Shown: piece after piece, positions 40,006-64,000 of the stretch
Numbering within the stretch: the stretch's first letter is position 1
Layout: each line of letters opens with the position of its first letter
Origin: the human T2T-CHM13v2.0 reference genome, Homo sapiens
Assembly (NCBI RefSeq): GCF_009914755.1
Contig: NC_060930.1
Strand: one strand, 5' to 3'
Length of the DNA stretch: 64,000 bases
Position numbers and translations under genes: made by a program
Notes under the pieces: generated by a model
Told to the model about the DNA's origin: nothing
Database searches by the model: none
Seen by the model: only the letters and a program-made list of their open reading frames with translations

Positions 40006-41789
40006 CCCTGCAGATGTTTTTAGAGCTGGCCGTTAGCCAGAGCTGTGTAGCCCACAAAGGAAGTCCTGGGAGCCCCCGCCTGCTCTCTCGATGGGCCTCT
40101 GCCATTCTTCTTCACCACGAGACTACGCATCCTCTTCTCTCCTTTGACAAACCTACTTGTAGGTGAGACTCTGAGAGGTTTGCATTTTTAAAAAGGACAA
40201 AGTGTTAAGCTAAAGGAATGAATCTTTAACGGTGGGATTTCAGGCCTCTTCCTCTTAGGGGAGGTTTTATTTGTTTTGGCTCTGGCTTGGTTTTGGCAGG
40301 GAACCTCCCCTGTGTCCCTGGAGCCACCCTGAAGCCCTAAGATCCCTCCTGGAACTGTCAGCTGGGTCACTCTCCCCTTTCGACAGAGCATTTCCTGGGG
40401 TGGGAGTCGAGGTGGGGGACATCAGCTTCCTTAAGCTCCAAAGTAGCCCACCTGCCAGGGACCCATGCCCTCTCTGCTGAGCCTTCAGCCCGTCCCCTTC
40501 TCTCCTGCCTGCCCTGCTCTGATACAGCCTCCCCCAGGGGAGGCCAGGAAAGATCCACCCCCACTCCTGAGGGGCCGGGGCTGGCCAGGCCGCAGTGGGC
40601 AGAGGGCATCCCAGCCACCTCTGCATCTGACTCCACAGCTGTGAGACAGTGCCAGCTCTTACCTGGACTTAGCCCACCTCAGTCGCTGGGGATGCAGCTG
40701 CTCTCTCTGAATGGGAGCCTCCAAGAGTCAGATGCAGCAATAAGCCCCTCATCTTCTGCTGGGGCCCCCAGTAGTAGGCTCTGGGGGCTTTGTGCACCAG
40801 GGCAGGCTGCAGGGATGTATCAGGCTCTCCCCTCCTCTCCAGAGTGGGGGACAGTTTCATACTCTGCCTGTCACCTTCTCTCCAGGGCAGCCTTGTCTCA
40901 GGCCCCATGCTCTGCAGGCCTGCAGGGCCAAAGAGGGAGAAGCCTGGGTGTCTCTGTCTGGCCGAGCCAGCTGGGATGAGGGTCTGGGGACAGGGTTGCA
41001 TCCCTGGCCTTCCCAGGGCCCAGTCTCCTCATCCTCAGTCTCCTGGCCCCAGGAGACCCCCAGTGGAGCTGAGAGGGCTCAGTGCTGGGGATGGGGCTCG
41101 ACGGACCCTGGCAGCCTGCTGTGTGGCACTCAGAAGGGGAAGAAGATCTCAGCCCTAGCACAGAGGGCTGGGAGGCTCAGGCACAGAGAGCCTGGTCAGC
41201 AGGCCCCATGTTGGCCACACGAGTGACCCTTCTGGGGGCCTGAACCCAGAGCTCTGTCTCCTGGGACGCCAGCAACCCTGCTTCAGCCCCACAGCCTGCC
41301 CGGAGCCCTTGTGTGTTCAGCCTGGGGCTCCTCACTGGAGGCCTCAGAGCTCCCCTCTCCCGTGGCCCCAGCCCAGCCTGGCTGCTGTCCTTGCCCTGGC
41401 CTGACCCCTGCATGACACTTGTGAGAAGCTGTCAGCCTGGGCTTAGGGCCAGTGACTGGGGACTCTGCCCTGAAGCAAGGCAGCCTGACCCCGGTGTCAC
41501 TCCTGTCCCCAGAACTGGTAGGGAGGTTGGCCTTCCTCCCCTCCTGCTGCACTGCTGACCCCTGCTGGCTACCCTCGCACACCCTCCCCACACAGGCATT
41601 TCTCCACAAGGATCTGCTGCTTGAATGCTCCCAGCACAGGGGGCTCAGCACCTTGCACAGCCTGCTCCAGTGAGAGACACTTCTGCCTCTCTGAAAAGTT
41701 CTTTATCATTAGCTGAAGTCTGAATATTAGTTACTTCTATCTGTTATTCTTAGTTATACTGTCTGTAGTCACATGTTTTCATAATAACA

Positions 41790-42010
41790 ATAACAACAAC
41801 AGATACTGTCTGTGTGCCAGGCGCTGTCCACTATGTCATTTAATCCATTCAACAGCTGTGAGATTGGTGCCTGTGTCATTCCCATTATACAGATGGGAAC
41901 GTGAGGCCCAGAGAAAGCGTGTCGTCTAAGGCCACCCAGCCATGAAGTCAGGAAGCCACTGAACTTGGAATTGGAATCCAGGGCCCAGGCCTTGCCAGCT
42001 GTGCTGTGGA
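41790..42010 (-). mobile_element. MIR
   Basis: tgtgccaggcgct...cattcccattatacagatggg...gaggcccagaga. Confidence 0.7.
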
Positions 42011-44197
42011 CGGCACTGCCATCCCACACCCACCATCTGCTTGTCCCTCTCTGGCTGGTTCTTATTTCCCCACCAGGCCCTGTGGCCCCAACATGAACTC
42101 ACTCCTCCTCCTCCTCCAGACCTTGCAGCTGGATTGACTCTGCCTCCTGGAAGCCCTCCAGGGACAGCAAAGAGTGAGGAGTGAGCCACCTGCCCCCTCC
42201 CTCCTTATCTTCTGACAGGGAGGGAAAAGGAGGGAAGGGGATAATGGGGTCATATCTGCATGTGGTGTTAGTGGGTCTTCAGTGAAGAGGGGTCTGATCC
42301 TACTGCTCCCCTCTCCTCCAGACCTGAGGTCCTCACTCAGAGCCTGGCAGGGCCCCGGGAGTCTGCATTTGGTGGGCTGGTCTGGGCTTGCTCTCACACT
42401 GACCCTTGGCAAGATGACCATGGCTGCGGCAATGGGGGTGACATCTTCCTACAGGTTCGTGCCCCGGCCCTGCCCAGCAGACACCAGGTTCTTTTGGGGT
42501 CTCAGTAGTGCTGAGAGGGCAGGGCTGGGGTACAGACTTCATTGCCCCTCAGAGGACAAGGAACAGGGAAGGGCATGGAGGGGCTTTCTAGGTTCCAGCC
42601 TCCCTGGAGCACAAGGTCACATGCGGAGTGAGGAGCTGTGTGGGAGCATGAGGGGTGGGACGACTCCGGGCAGTTCTGGTTCCCAGAGGTCTGGAGTCCC
42701 CCTTCCTTTTGTGACCCTTGGCCACACTCCAGGGCCACAGTTCTGCAGTCATGCTCAGGAACTTCAGCCTGGCTGCTACCTCAAACCCCTTCCATTTCTC
42801 AATTTAACACGGAGACCAGGCACACAGCTCCCCAGGGAGAAGTACCACATTCAGGAGGATTTGGATTCCTGCGGGTGAGAAACTCGGCCCAGCTTTCATC
42901 AAAAGCTTGCCTGGAATCACACTATCTCAGTGTAGGGCAAGACCTCAGTGCATGCATCCAGCTCTATCCATCCATTCAGGGCTAGCGTCCCTGCCGAGTG
43001 ACCATGTAACTCTGCTTACATACCTCCAGTGACCTAAGCCTCACTACCTCTTAGGGCAGCCCAAAGCCTTCCTCCTCCTGTAGAGCTGGGGTTTGTTTTC
43101 AGAGGTGTTCACTCACAAAGCCCAGCCCTGCCCCCTTAGGCGTCCTCAGAACCAGCCTAACCCTCCCTCCTATAATGTTTAGAACAAGTGACCATCTTCC
43201 TGCTGAACCTTCTACCCAACCAGAGCCAAGAGAGAGGGCCAGTAAGAACCCCCTTGGAGAACTGGGAGGTGCCCTCCAGAAGGGAGAGAGGTATCTAACG
43301 TAACTAACTCCCAACCCTCAGCTGCTGCTGAAACTTCAAGCCCGGCCTTGTCAGCTTTGGTGGGAGAGTGGAGAGAAAGTTCTTGTAAAACTGACCTGTT
43401 TTCCCTGCACTTTGGGGGATCTCAGAGGCCCAGGCCAGACTTGCAAGGGAGATGTGTAAAGAGAGAGAGGGCTGGTGGTGCCTGGGCCACAGGGAAGGAG
43501 AGACAGGGTGTGGAGGAAGCTGTGTCCCTGCCCAACAGATCCTGGGCTTCAAACCCAGGTGCCCTGACTCCTGAGCCCCCACTGCCCTCCCCAGCCTGGG
43601 TGCTACACCTTTATTAATGCAGCCGCAGACCAACCCTGCCCCTGCCAGCCCCTGCCAGCCACTGTTGCCCATAGAACTGACCATCATCATTAAACCCCCA
43701 AGCCCACACCAACCTCAGCCCCCCACCCACTCCCCACCTCAGGCCTGTGCAGTCAGGTCTGTGGCCCCGACGGTGGCGGGTGTTTCACTTTTTTCCTCCT
43801 GTGAGCCTCATTCCTCCCAATTCCTCAGCACATGGAGGCAGGACACAAGTAAATAAATAAGGTGAAATAAACATGTTTGTCCCTGTTAAGTTTCATCTCA
43901 TTAGATCTACCTCATCACTCCCGCCTGTCAGCTTCTCTTTAGATCCCAGCTCTGTCATCTGGCATATTTGCCATCGTTCCCTCCAGCTGTGTGGCATCTG
44001 CAAATTTGATAAAGTACATGGAGCAGGTTTGTCTCAGAGGAAGCCCCTCCCCCCACTGGGTGGCTGGAGCATAGGCGTGCGCGTGCGTGTCAGTGTGCCT
44101 ACATGCGAGCATACACACACACGCACACGCACACACTTCCCTCTCTCTGGCCCGGGCTCCTCACTCCTGTCCAGTCACCTTCAAGATCCTGGTGGGG

Positions 44198-44595
<398 letters not shown>

Positions 44596-45189
44596 CTACC
44601 TCACTTCCACTTCCACTGACTGACCTGGTTGGGCCCTGCTGGCTTCTTCCACCAAGCTTTGGTCAAAGCTGACTGGCTGGCATGGGCCCCGGCTCTCCTG
44701 GGACTGCTGTGTGGCCCTCCCTTCACTGCTAACCTGCCTGTGCAGCACCCAAACGTGCAGCCTCATCCTCTCTGCTGCGGCTCTGGCTGCTGCTGGTGGA
44801 GCTGGCATGGCTGCGTGGCATGAGGACTCCTTGCCTATGCACCTACTGGGCGCCGCTTCTTTCATTCTTCTCTTCAGGGGACTCCAGACCTTGTGTAGGT
44901 GGTAATTGCACAGCGAGGGTAGCCAGCTTGGAGGGATTGGCTGCAGTGCCTCACTACAGAATCTGCCAGACACTGCCCTGGTCTCTGCACCAAGGCTTAG
45001 CAGAGCCAAAACATCCTACGGCCTGGATACGCCTTCCGGAGTCTTCACATCCATTCCCCACCTTCCAGGCACTGAATGTTGGTGGGTAGAGGACTCAGGT
45101 GTTCCCCCGCCTCCCCTACTGCAATGCGAGTGTGTGTCCTCCCCTCACGGAAGATGGCGATGGCCAGTTACCTGTGCCGGCTATCACGG

Positions 45190-45520
45190 GCCATCGGGTG
45201 CTGCAGTAACAAACCCTGGATTCTTGGTGGCTTATGACAACATCGGTTGGTTTCTTGATCACACGGTACCTTATGGGGCAGCTAGAGCTCCTGCTCCCAG
45301 TCGCTGTTGCTCTGGGACCCAGGCTGAGGGGCAGCCCCCAGCTGCAGCACCATGCCCTGACAGAGGCAAAGAAGGGGCTCTTAATGGTTGTGTCTTGAAG
45401 TGCCATTTGTCGCTTCCGTTCACATTTCTTTGGCTAAAGCAAGTCATATGGCCATGCCTACTTTCAAAGGGGTGGGGAAATCTAATCTTTTCTGGTGCCA
45501 GAATTTTGGCAAATGGCTTC
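45190..45520 (-). mobile_element. MLT1-type LTR relic
   Basis: gctgcagtaacaaac...cacatttctttggctaaagcaagtcatatggcc. Confidence 0.6.
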
Positions 45521-46139
45521 AGTGACTACTCTGTATATGAGCTGTTCCTATCCCTCAGGGTTGCCCCCAGTTCCCACAATACCTCTTGGATGCTCATTCT
45601 GGGTCCAGTGTAGAATGTCCTTCCCCTCCCACCTGGGGTCTGCGTACCCAGGGTTTGCCCTGGGTGCTCTCCTTTGCTCTGCAATGCATATCTCCCCTCT
45701 CCTCTTCTGCTCCCAGTGCCCATCCCTTCCTTTGAGGGTTGCTCCTCTTCCCTGTGCCCTTATGATTCTGACCAGCCGCCAAGCATGGTTCTGTGCCCTG
45801 ACCCAACGGAGGCACGGGGCTCGGTCCTCCCCCGCCTGTGCCCCACCATGGTGCTCCATCCCAGGGATTGGTTGGGAAGTGGGTCCCTCCTTCGTCTCAT
45901 ATGTGTCCTCTAGAAGGGACCTCTAGAAAATGTGGCTCATGCCCAGGACCTGATACTTCCCCTGCCCCTGGGTGGAGCTTCTCTGAGGCCTGCCACCCTG
46001 CCTCTAGTGGATTGGTTTACGTGAGCCAGCACATTCACCTTGTGCTGAAGTTTGTCTGAGTTGTGTTTCTGGGGGATCTTGTCCATTCTTGTGTTAATTA
46101 TCTATTGGGAGTAACAGTCTACCCCCAAACTTAGTAGCT

Positions 46140-46164
46140 TCATGGTATAACATTTCATAAAAAC

Positions 46165-46199
<35 letters not shown>

Positions 46200-46412
46200 G
46201 CACACACACACAAAATTGTTGAAACCCAGATACGGCCTGCACCTAAGTTAATAGGATTGTATCAAGGTCAGTTTCCTTGTTTTGATAGTATGTTGTGGTT
46301 ATGTGGGATATTATCATTGGGGGAAGCTGGGTGAAGGGTACACACGAACTCTCTGTACTATTTTTGCATCATCTTGTGAGTCTTAAACTATTTCAAGTTA
46401 AAAAGTAATAAT
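46140..46412 (+). mobile_element. L1M (MC/MD-like) 3' end with (CA)n
   Basis: gggggaagctgggtgaagggtacacacgaactctctgtactatttttgca. Confidence 0.75.
46168..46211. repeat. (CA)n microsatellite
   Basis: Direct read. Confidence 0.95.
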
Positions 46413-48064
46413 AGGAATTTGGTGGCATAAGACAACCATTATTTACTTATGCTTCCACCCTTTGGGCAGTGTGTGGTGGGAACAGCTTATCTTTTCACAT
46501 GGTGCATCTGGGCTGGTACAGAGTAGCTGCACTCACGCATCTGTTGTGTCAGCTGGGATGCTGGAACGGTGGGGCTGGCCAGGCATCTCTCCCCACAAGG
46601 CATCTCCAGCTGGGCAGCTGGACCTCTTTCTATGGAGACTCAAGGCCTAAGAGGGCAAAAGGGGAGGCAACGAGGCCTCCTGAGGCCTCAGACCGGAGCT
46701 GGCCAGTGTCCTTCTCACCACATTCCACTGGTCAGTGCAGTCATGGGGCCAGCACAGATTCAGGGGAGACAAAATAGACTCCACTTCTTGATGAAAGGAG
46801 TGGCAAGGAACGTGTGGCATCTTCAACCCACCGCCATTGCCAAGTATGTCAGAGACTTCTGAGTTTGTCAGCTGAGATCTAGTCCAACTTTCTCACTTGG
46901 GATGAGGAGATGGCAGCTGGAGACAGGAAGAGGGTCAGCCACATGGGAAGTGTCATGGACTTAGGGACAGAGCTGGACTTCCAGCCAGGGCTCATCCACC
47001 CTCACCCCATCCAAGCCCTCAGCTCCACGGGTGGGACAGCCTCACCAGCCTGGCATAGCTGCTGGATTCTGTTTTGCACATGTTGGTGTTTGCAATCAGA
47101 AAGTTCAGCGGTCCTTCCAGTGTGCTTAAATTAGTCCCCATGAAAACCAAATCATTTCATTTGCAGAGAAGGGCTTAATTGCAAGGGGAACGAGGCAAAG
47201 GGAATTCTGTTGCCTGTTTTCATTGAAGAAAATTACTGTACTTTCCTCTGTCTCCTTACTAAACAGAAGCAGCTTAGAAATTGGGCTGTAATCATCAGTG
47301 ATACCTCCTTTACCCTTTCTTCTCAGAGGTTGTTGTTCAGCTCTTTCCCTGTTCCAAGACTGTACTCGGGACTGTTCCTACTTATCTGCCCGGCCAGGGC
47401 AGCCCAGTCCTGGTCCCTTAGTGGGTAACGCTTTCACGGTTTGCAATATAGCCATCCGTCCCTGGAATCTCACCACACCTTCACGATGCTGAGACAATCA
47501 CCCTGACTTCATGGAGGAGCCTCAGTGATGAACTGGGCCACACTCTTGGCAGGAAGAAACATCCCATCACTTTCTTTAGAAACCAAGTTAAACCTGCTTC
47601 AAGCTCTCACTCACAGGGCTGGTGAGAAGTCATGTTTTAGAGGGCCTTCCTGGCCAGCGTCTTATACAAATCCTGGAGTTTGTGTGGTTCTGTGCCCGGC
47701 CTCTAGACCATCTTCACCACGGCTTCTTCTGTCATGTGGTGCTGGGGGCTAGGCAGGTCCTCGGGGCTCCCCTGGCTGTTCCACTCAAGGAAATGCAAGT
47801 AAACACAGCTGCTCCTGGCCAATTTGTCTGGCTAGTCTGGGAGACTTGTCCCATCTCATACAGTCCAGCCTGGTCCCCTCTGTGGTCAGAACAAGGCTGC
47901 CTTCCCAGAGATAGCCTGCAGGGGGCGGGGTGTGTGCTGCAAGGCAGTGGGAGGGCTGGGGCTGTGGCAGATCAGAGTCACTCAGATTGGAAAAAGAAAC
48001 ACGAGTAAACAAAACCAGCCTGAAAGGAAACTGGAGGAATCCAGACGTTAGAAACTCAGTGCCA

Positions 48065-48356
<292 letters not shown>

Positions 48357-50410
48357 TCATTGCCAGGTTCTTCTCCTTCTGGGATCGAGGTTTCCATTAA
48401 TCTATTTCTTGAATATTTATTGAGTGCCTCCTGTGGGCCTGGCAGTGTTCTGATTGCTGGGGACACAGCAGTGAATGAGCCAGACAGAGGCTTGTGTAGT
48501 AACTCACCTAGATACAGGGATAAAGTGATTTGCCCAAGATCCCAGCCACTGAAGGCCAGAGCTGGTCCTGAGGATGCTGAGCCCTAGGCCTCCACCCCCA
48601 CCCGTGTGCAGCGTCACTCCTGGGAAAACATGGGGGCGCCAGGTGGCATGGTGCCCACGGGGTCCTCCCACCTGCCCTCATCCCTTGCCTCTGTGTCCCT
48701 GCACATCATGGGACCCTCTGTTCAGACTCTCTGCTTGTGTCTAGAACTTTCTCTGGGGATGGGTGGAGAGGCTGGCCTGGCTGCCCGGGGAGGACTGTTT
48801 TGGAACAGTTGGGTGACTTAACTGTATAACCGCTCTCCCGCGCCTTCCTTTTGGGGGAGACCGACAGGATAATGGATTTGAGTCCACACACCTGCCTCAG
48901 CAAAGGGATTTTTTTTTTTTTTGAGGCTCAAAGTCAATGGTGTATTAATTAAGGGGGAACAGCTGCTACCGCAGCTCTTATGATAAGTCAGTGACAAATG
49001 GCCATGTTTACCATCTTCTTGAGTCGAGACTCCGGAAGGTGGCCTGGAGCTCCTTGGTGGATGTCCATGGCTGAGATTTGTGGGGTACAGCCTCCCCTTC
49101 CCTGCCCCTGAAGCTTCTTTATCGGTGTCCACTGTGGCCCGAGAGGGCCGTCTGTCACCGAGAAAAGACAGGTCTGCAGCCCAGGGAGCTCTCTGAAGGG
49201 ATTTGGGCAGAGAAACTGGGATCTCAGCAATCACTCCAGCCCACAGATGCCCTTGGACAAACCCACCGCCCCATACTGTCCCTTGTGAAATAAGAGCTGC
49301 TTGAAAGGGGACTTGGCCCTGAGAAGCTGAGGAAGGTGGAAAGCCTGCTCTGAAATGTCTGCAGCCTGAGTGAGGCCGAGGACACACCTCGGGGCCTCTG
49401 CGCCAAGGCGCTCTGTGTTCCAGAAAGGAAGAAGCTGGGCTGGCAGGGGCCTTTTGTTATTTAGTTTATTTTGATCTCGCTCCTGCTCTCCAAACAGCTT
49501 CACAGAAATAGAGCCTTGCATTAGCTCCCTTCTCGGCTTAAAACAAAACGTGGCAGAGGGAAAGTCTTTCATGAGGAACAGAAAAGGGAAAGACAGGCTC
49601 ATTTTTTCCCGAGTTGCGTTTCCAGGTCCTTTGACTATGGACCCAACTGTGTGACTCTAGTGACGAGGATAACAGGCTGGTGCTCACTGTGAACGGGAAA
49701 GGTGACCACAACAGCCCACAAGCCCCATGGGGCATGGCAGGACTGGCTGCCTTCTTGGGGTGACTGACCTTGGGGCCTCTGCAAAAGGAAGGACAGCAGT
49801 GAGATCCAGAAGCACACTCAGCAGCCCTGGCAAGGGAACCCTCATGTGCCTGCCAGACCGCATGGGTGGGCAATGAGTGGGCTTCCCTATGGTTGGGCCT
49901 CAGAGGAGACAAAGAAGTCGGCCTCATGAAGGGACGCTACCAGCTGCTGGGAAGCCCCATCCAACCTCACCCTGTTCTTTCTTCCTCCTCCTCCCAGGGC
50001 TGGTGCTGAGCACCTGAGGGGAACCTCTGGGTCTTGAGGGGAGGCAGAAATGGAGCCAAAGGAAAAAGGCCCCACTAGCCCCCACTTCTGGCCACCCACT
50101 GGGACCAAGGAGGCACCCTGCATGCTGCAATCCTCATAGCCACTCTGTAAGACAGGGTCATCACACGTTACAAATGTGGAAACTGAGGCTGTGAGAGTTA
50201 TGCAGCTTACTCGAGAACTGGTCACTGGGTGGCAGAGGCCAGAGGTCTGGGAGGAACTGCAGAGCCCACGTCCTGCTGTCTCTCCCACCTTCCCTTCCAG
50301 CCACCTCCCAGAGCTGGTGCTTAAGGAGTCCACACATTGCCATTCCTTAGACATAGCTTTGGGGGAAGGGAAAGAACCATGGGCAAGAAACATCCGTTTT
50401 TAATAAATAG

Positions 50411-50416
50411 TTTATT
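50411..50416 (-). terminator. LEMD2: LEMD2 distal polyA signal AATAAA
   Basis: tttatt on + strand 1.4 kb after the stop. Confidence 0.8.
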
Positions 50417-50593
50417 CATCCAGCAGTTTCAGCCCTGATACTGAAGCCTGTTGCGGTGTTTCTTATTTTTCTGGCTGGAGCCTGATTATGAGAACATGGC
50501 CTCACCACGGGGCCAGCGCTCAGATTCCTGCCCTGCCGATCATCCAGACATCAGAGGAAATGAGAGTATTGCTCAAATGAGGGAGACTGGAGC

Positions 50594-50599
50594 TTTATT
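50594..50599 (-). terminator. LEMD2: LEMD2 possible proximal polyA signal AATAAA
   Basis: Second tttatt about 180 bp upstream of the distal signal in transcript direction. Confidence 0.5.
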
Positions 50600-50689
50600 A
50601 AGGAAACAAAAAATACCAGTAAGACTAGAGAGGGGTGGTTAATGTTTCTGGAGGCAGCTGTGGAATTTCCTGTTTGCTCCCCCTCTCCT

Positions 50690-51200
50690 GCCTGCCGCAG
50701 ATGAGGACACACGGGGAAGACTCGCTGGAGAGGCTTCTCGCACTTAATAAGGCCCCCCGTCGGGGTGCTTCTGGAGCCTGCCTCCCAGGGAGCAGGCTGA
50801 GGAGCTGGCGGGAGGGCCGGTGGGCGGCGGCGCGGACGCTGCTCCCTTGTGGCCGGCAGGGGGCAGCCTGCAGCCACTGCGCCTCTCCCGCCGCCAAGAG
50901 CCGCGGCCGGGGTAACAGAAACGCCGGCTGCGCTGAAGTTCTTGTTAAACAGCCCCGCGTCGGGGCTGTGGTCACAGTAAAGCAAGGCGATCTTCGCACA
51001 CAGCAAGTGCGAGGCTCTGGGCCCTGACGCAGGGCTCCCAAGCTCCCGGAATCGGCGTTCTGGCTGCAGGCCTGGTCTAGAGTCGCAGCTTCTGTGAGAA
51101 GCAACACTGAGGCGGGCCCGCCCGCCCTGGGGCTGCCCGACCCTCCTCTCTGCTCTCAGCCCCAGTCCCTACTTCGGGATCCTCCCAGGAGGCTGTGCCG
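50690..51200. promoter_or_regulatory. CpG-rich island-like segment within LEMD2 3'UTR, with GC boxes and a CTCF-like motif
   Basis: Visibly dense CpG (gggcggcggcgcggacgc, ccgccgcc, ccgcggccgggg, gcgggcccgcccgccc) against CpG-depleted flanks; CCGGCAGGGGGCAG at 50853-50866. Confidence 0.65.
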
Positions 51201-51807
51201 GCTGCTCACTCCTCCTGACCTGAGGGACCGTGTGTCTGGGCCTGGTGTTTCTAGACGGTCCCCCCTACAGTCACTTGTTCTAATTTCTAGCACCTTCCCT
51301 CTTCAGGATAGAGGCCCAGCCAGCCAGAGCACAGGCTTTCTCCCTTCACCCTGGAGCTCTCAAGTAACAACCCCCTGAAGGCACATGGACCAAGCTGCTC
51401 CCCATCCCGCCACCCGAAACACCATCCCTGCCCCACCTCCCAGGTGACAGACTCCCTGGCGTGGCCATGCCCCAGCCCACCAGCCCCACGCTTGTCAGCT
51501 GGGCCTGACAGCTGCTGCTCTTGTTTTCTATTCATGAAAACTCAACCCTTCTCCCCGTTTCTGCCAGCACAACAGGGCAGAGTCTGGGCTATCACCCTGG
51601 CTTCTCCCCCTCCCTTTAAAGGAAGCCCACATTTTCCTGCGAGCCGAACTCCTCTGAAGAGTATGGCAGACCTTTGGAATCGTGTCAGGACGAGACTGAA
51701 AGTCAAGGCAAGTGTGAATTCAGCACCGCAGGCCTGGTGACCCTCCTGTGCCTCTGGAGTGGGCTGTCCTGGGACAGGCTGACCGGGAACAAGTCCCCGC
51801 CCGGGGC

Positions 51808-63718
<11,911 letters not shown>

Positions 63719-64000
63719 TCATACTTTTACAAAATAGAAAAAAATTCTGCCAAGTGCTGGGCCTAGGGAGAGAGTTGATAAATATTGGGTTAACTGCCTG
63801 AGAAAGACCCTGGAGAAGCAGAGGCAAAGCTGAAAGCAGACACTGTAACCAAGGGGCTGCATCCCAGAGGCTCCTGGCTCCTGCCTTTCCCTTGGAATGA
63901 CGGCCATTAAGAGGGCTGAGCAGAGGCGACGTGGTCGGGGGATGATGCAGTCGCTCAGCTTCCTCAGAGGAAGAGCAACTGCTGTCGGAGTTTGCAGAGA

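Larger units (their letters stand above)
46090..46835 (-). mobile_element. MLT1-type LTR interrupted by an L1M 3' fragment
   Basis: cccccaaacttagtagctt ... cacattccactggtca...gactccacttcttgatg. Confidence 0.6.
50395..51807 (-). other. LEMD2: LEMD2 3'UTR
   Basis: From the stop to the distal AATAAA (50416-50411); end approximate. Confidence 0.8.

Noticed and set aside
44906-45613. 235-aa ORF on +
   Set aside because: Overlaps an MLT1-like LTR relic; no protein similarity recognised

Overview
Primate, almost certainly human, genomic DNA recognisable as the IP6K3-LEMD2 locus (6p21.3 by recall); both genes are on the minus strand. IP6K3 (inositol hexakisphosphate kinase 3) is complete. Five coding exons (14657-14459, 7483-7270, 6089-5914, 4799-4624, 2370-1903) splice to 1233 nt, i.e. 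410 aa plus stop. A probable non-coding first exon lies near 26.0 kb and polyA signals at about 865-882. Its intron 4800-5913 is a U12 (minor spliceosome) intron. The last seven coding exons and 3'UTR of LEMD2 lie at about 50.4-63.6 kb; its 5' exons are beyond the window. The rest is intronic/intergenic DNA with about 20 Alus plus MIR, L2, L1, MLT1 and MER5 relics. I found no new protein-coding system. The most unusual signal is a cluster of three local templated duplication/insertion scars at 28.7-38.2 kb, one with a perfect 26-bp fold-back palindrome at its junction. Other notable points are repeated twin E-box modules, IP6K3 uORFs, competing LEMD2 splice donors that all give the same stop, and a CpG-rich CTCF-motif segment in the LEMD2 3'UTR. 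Repeat boundaries and subfamilies are by eye and approximate.
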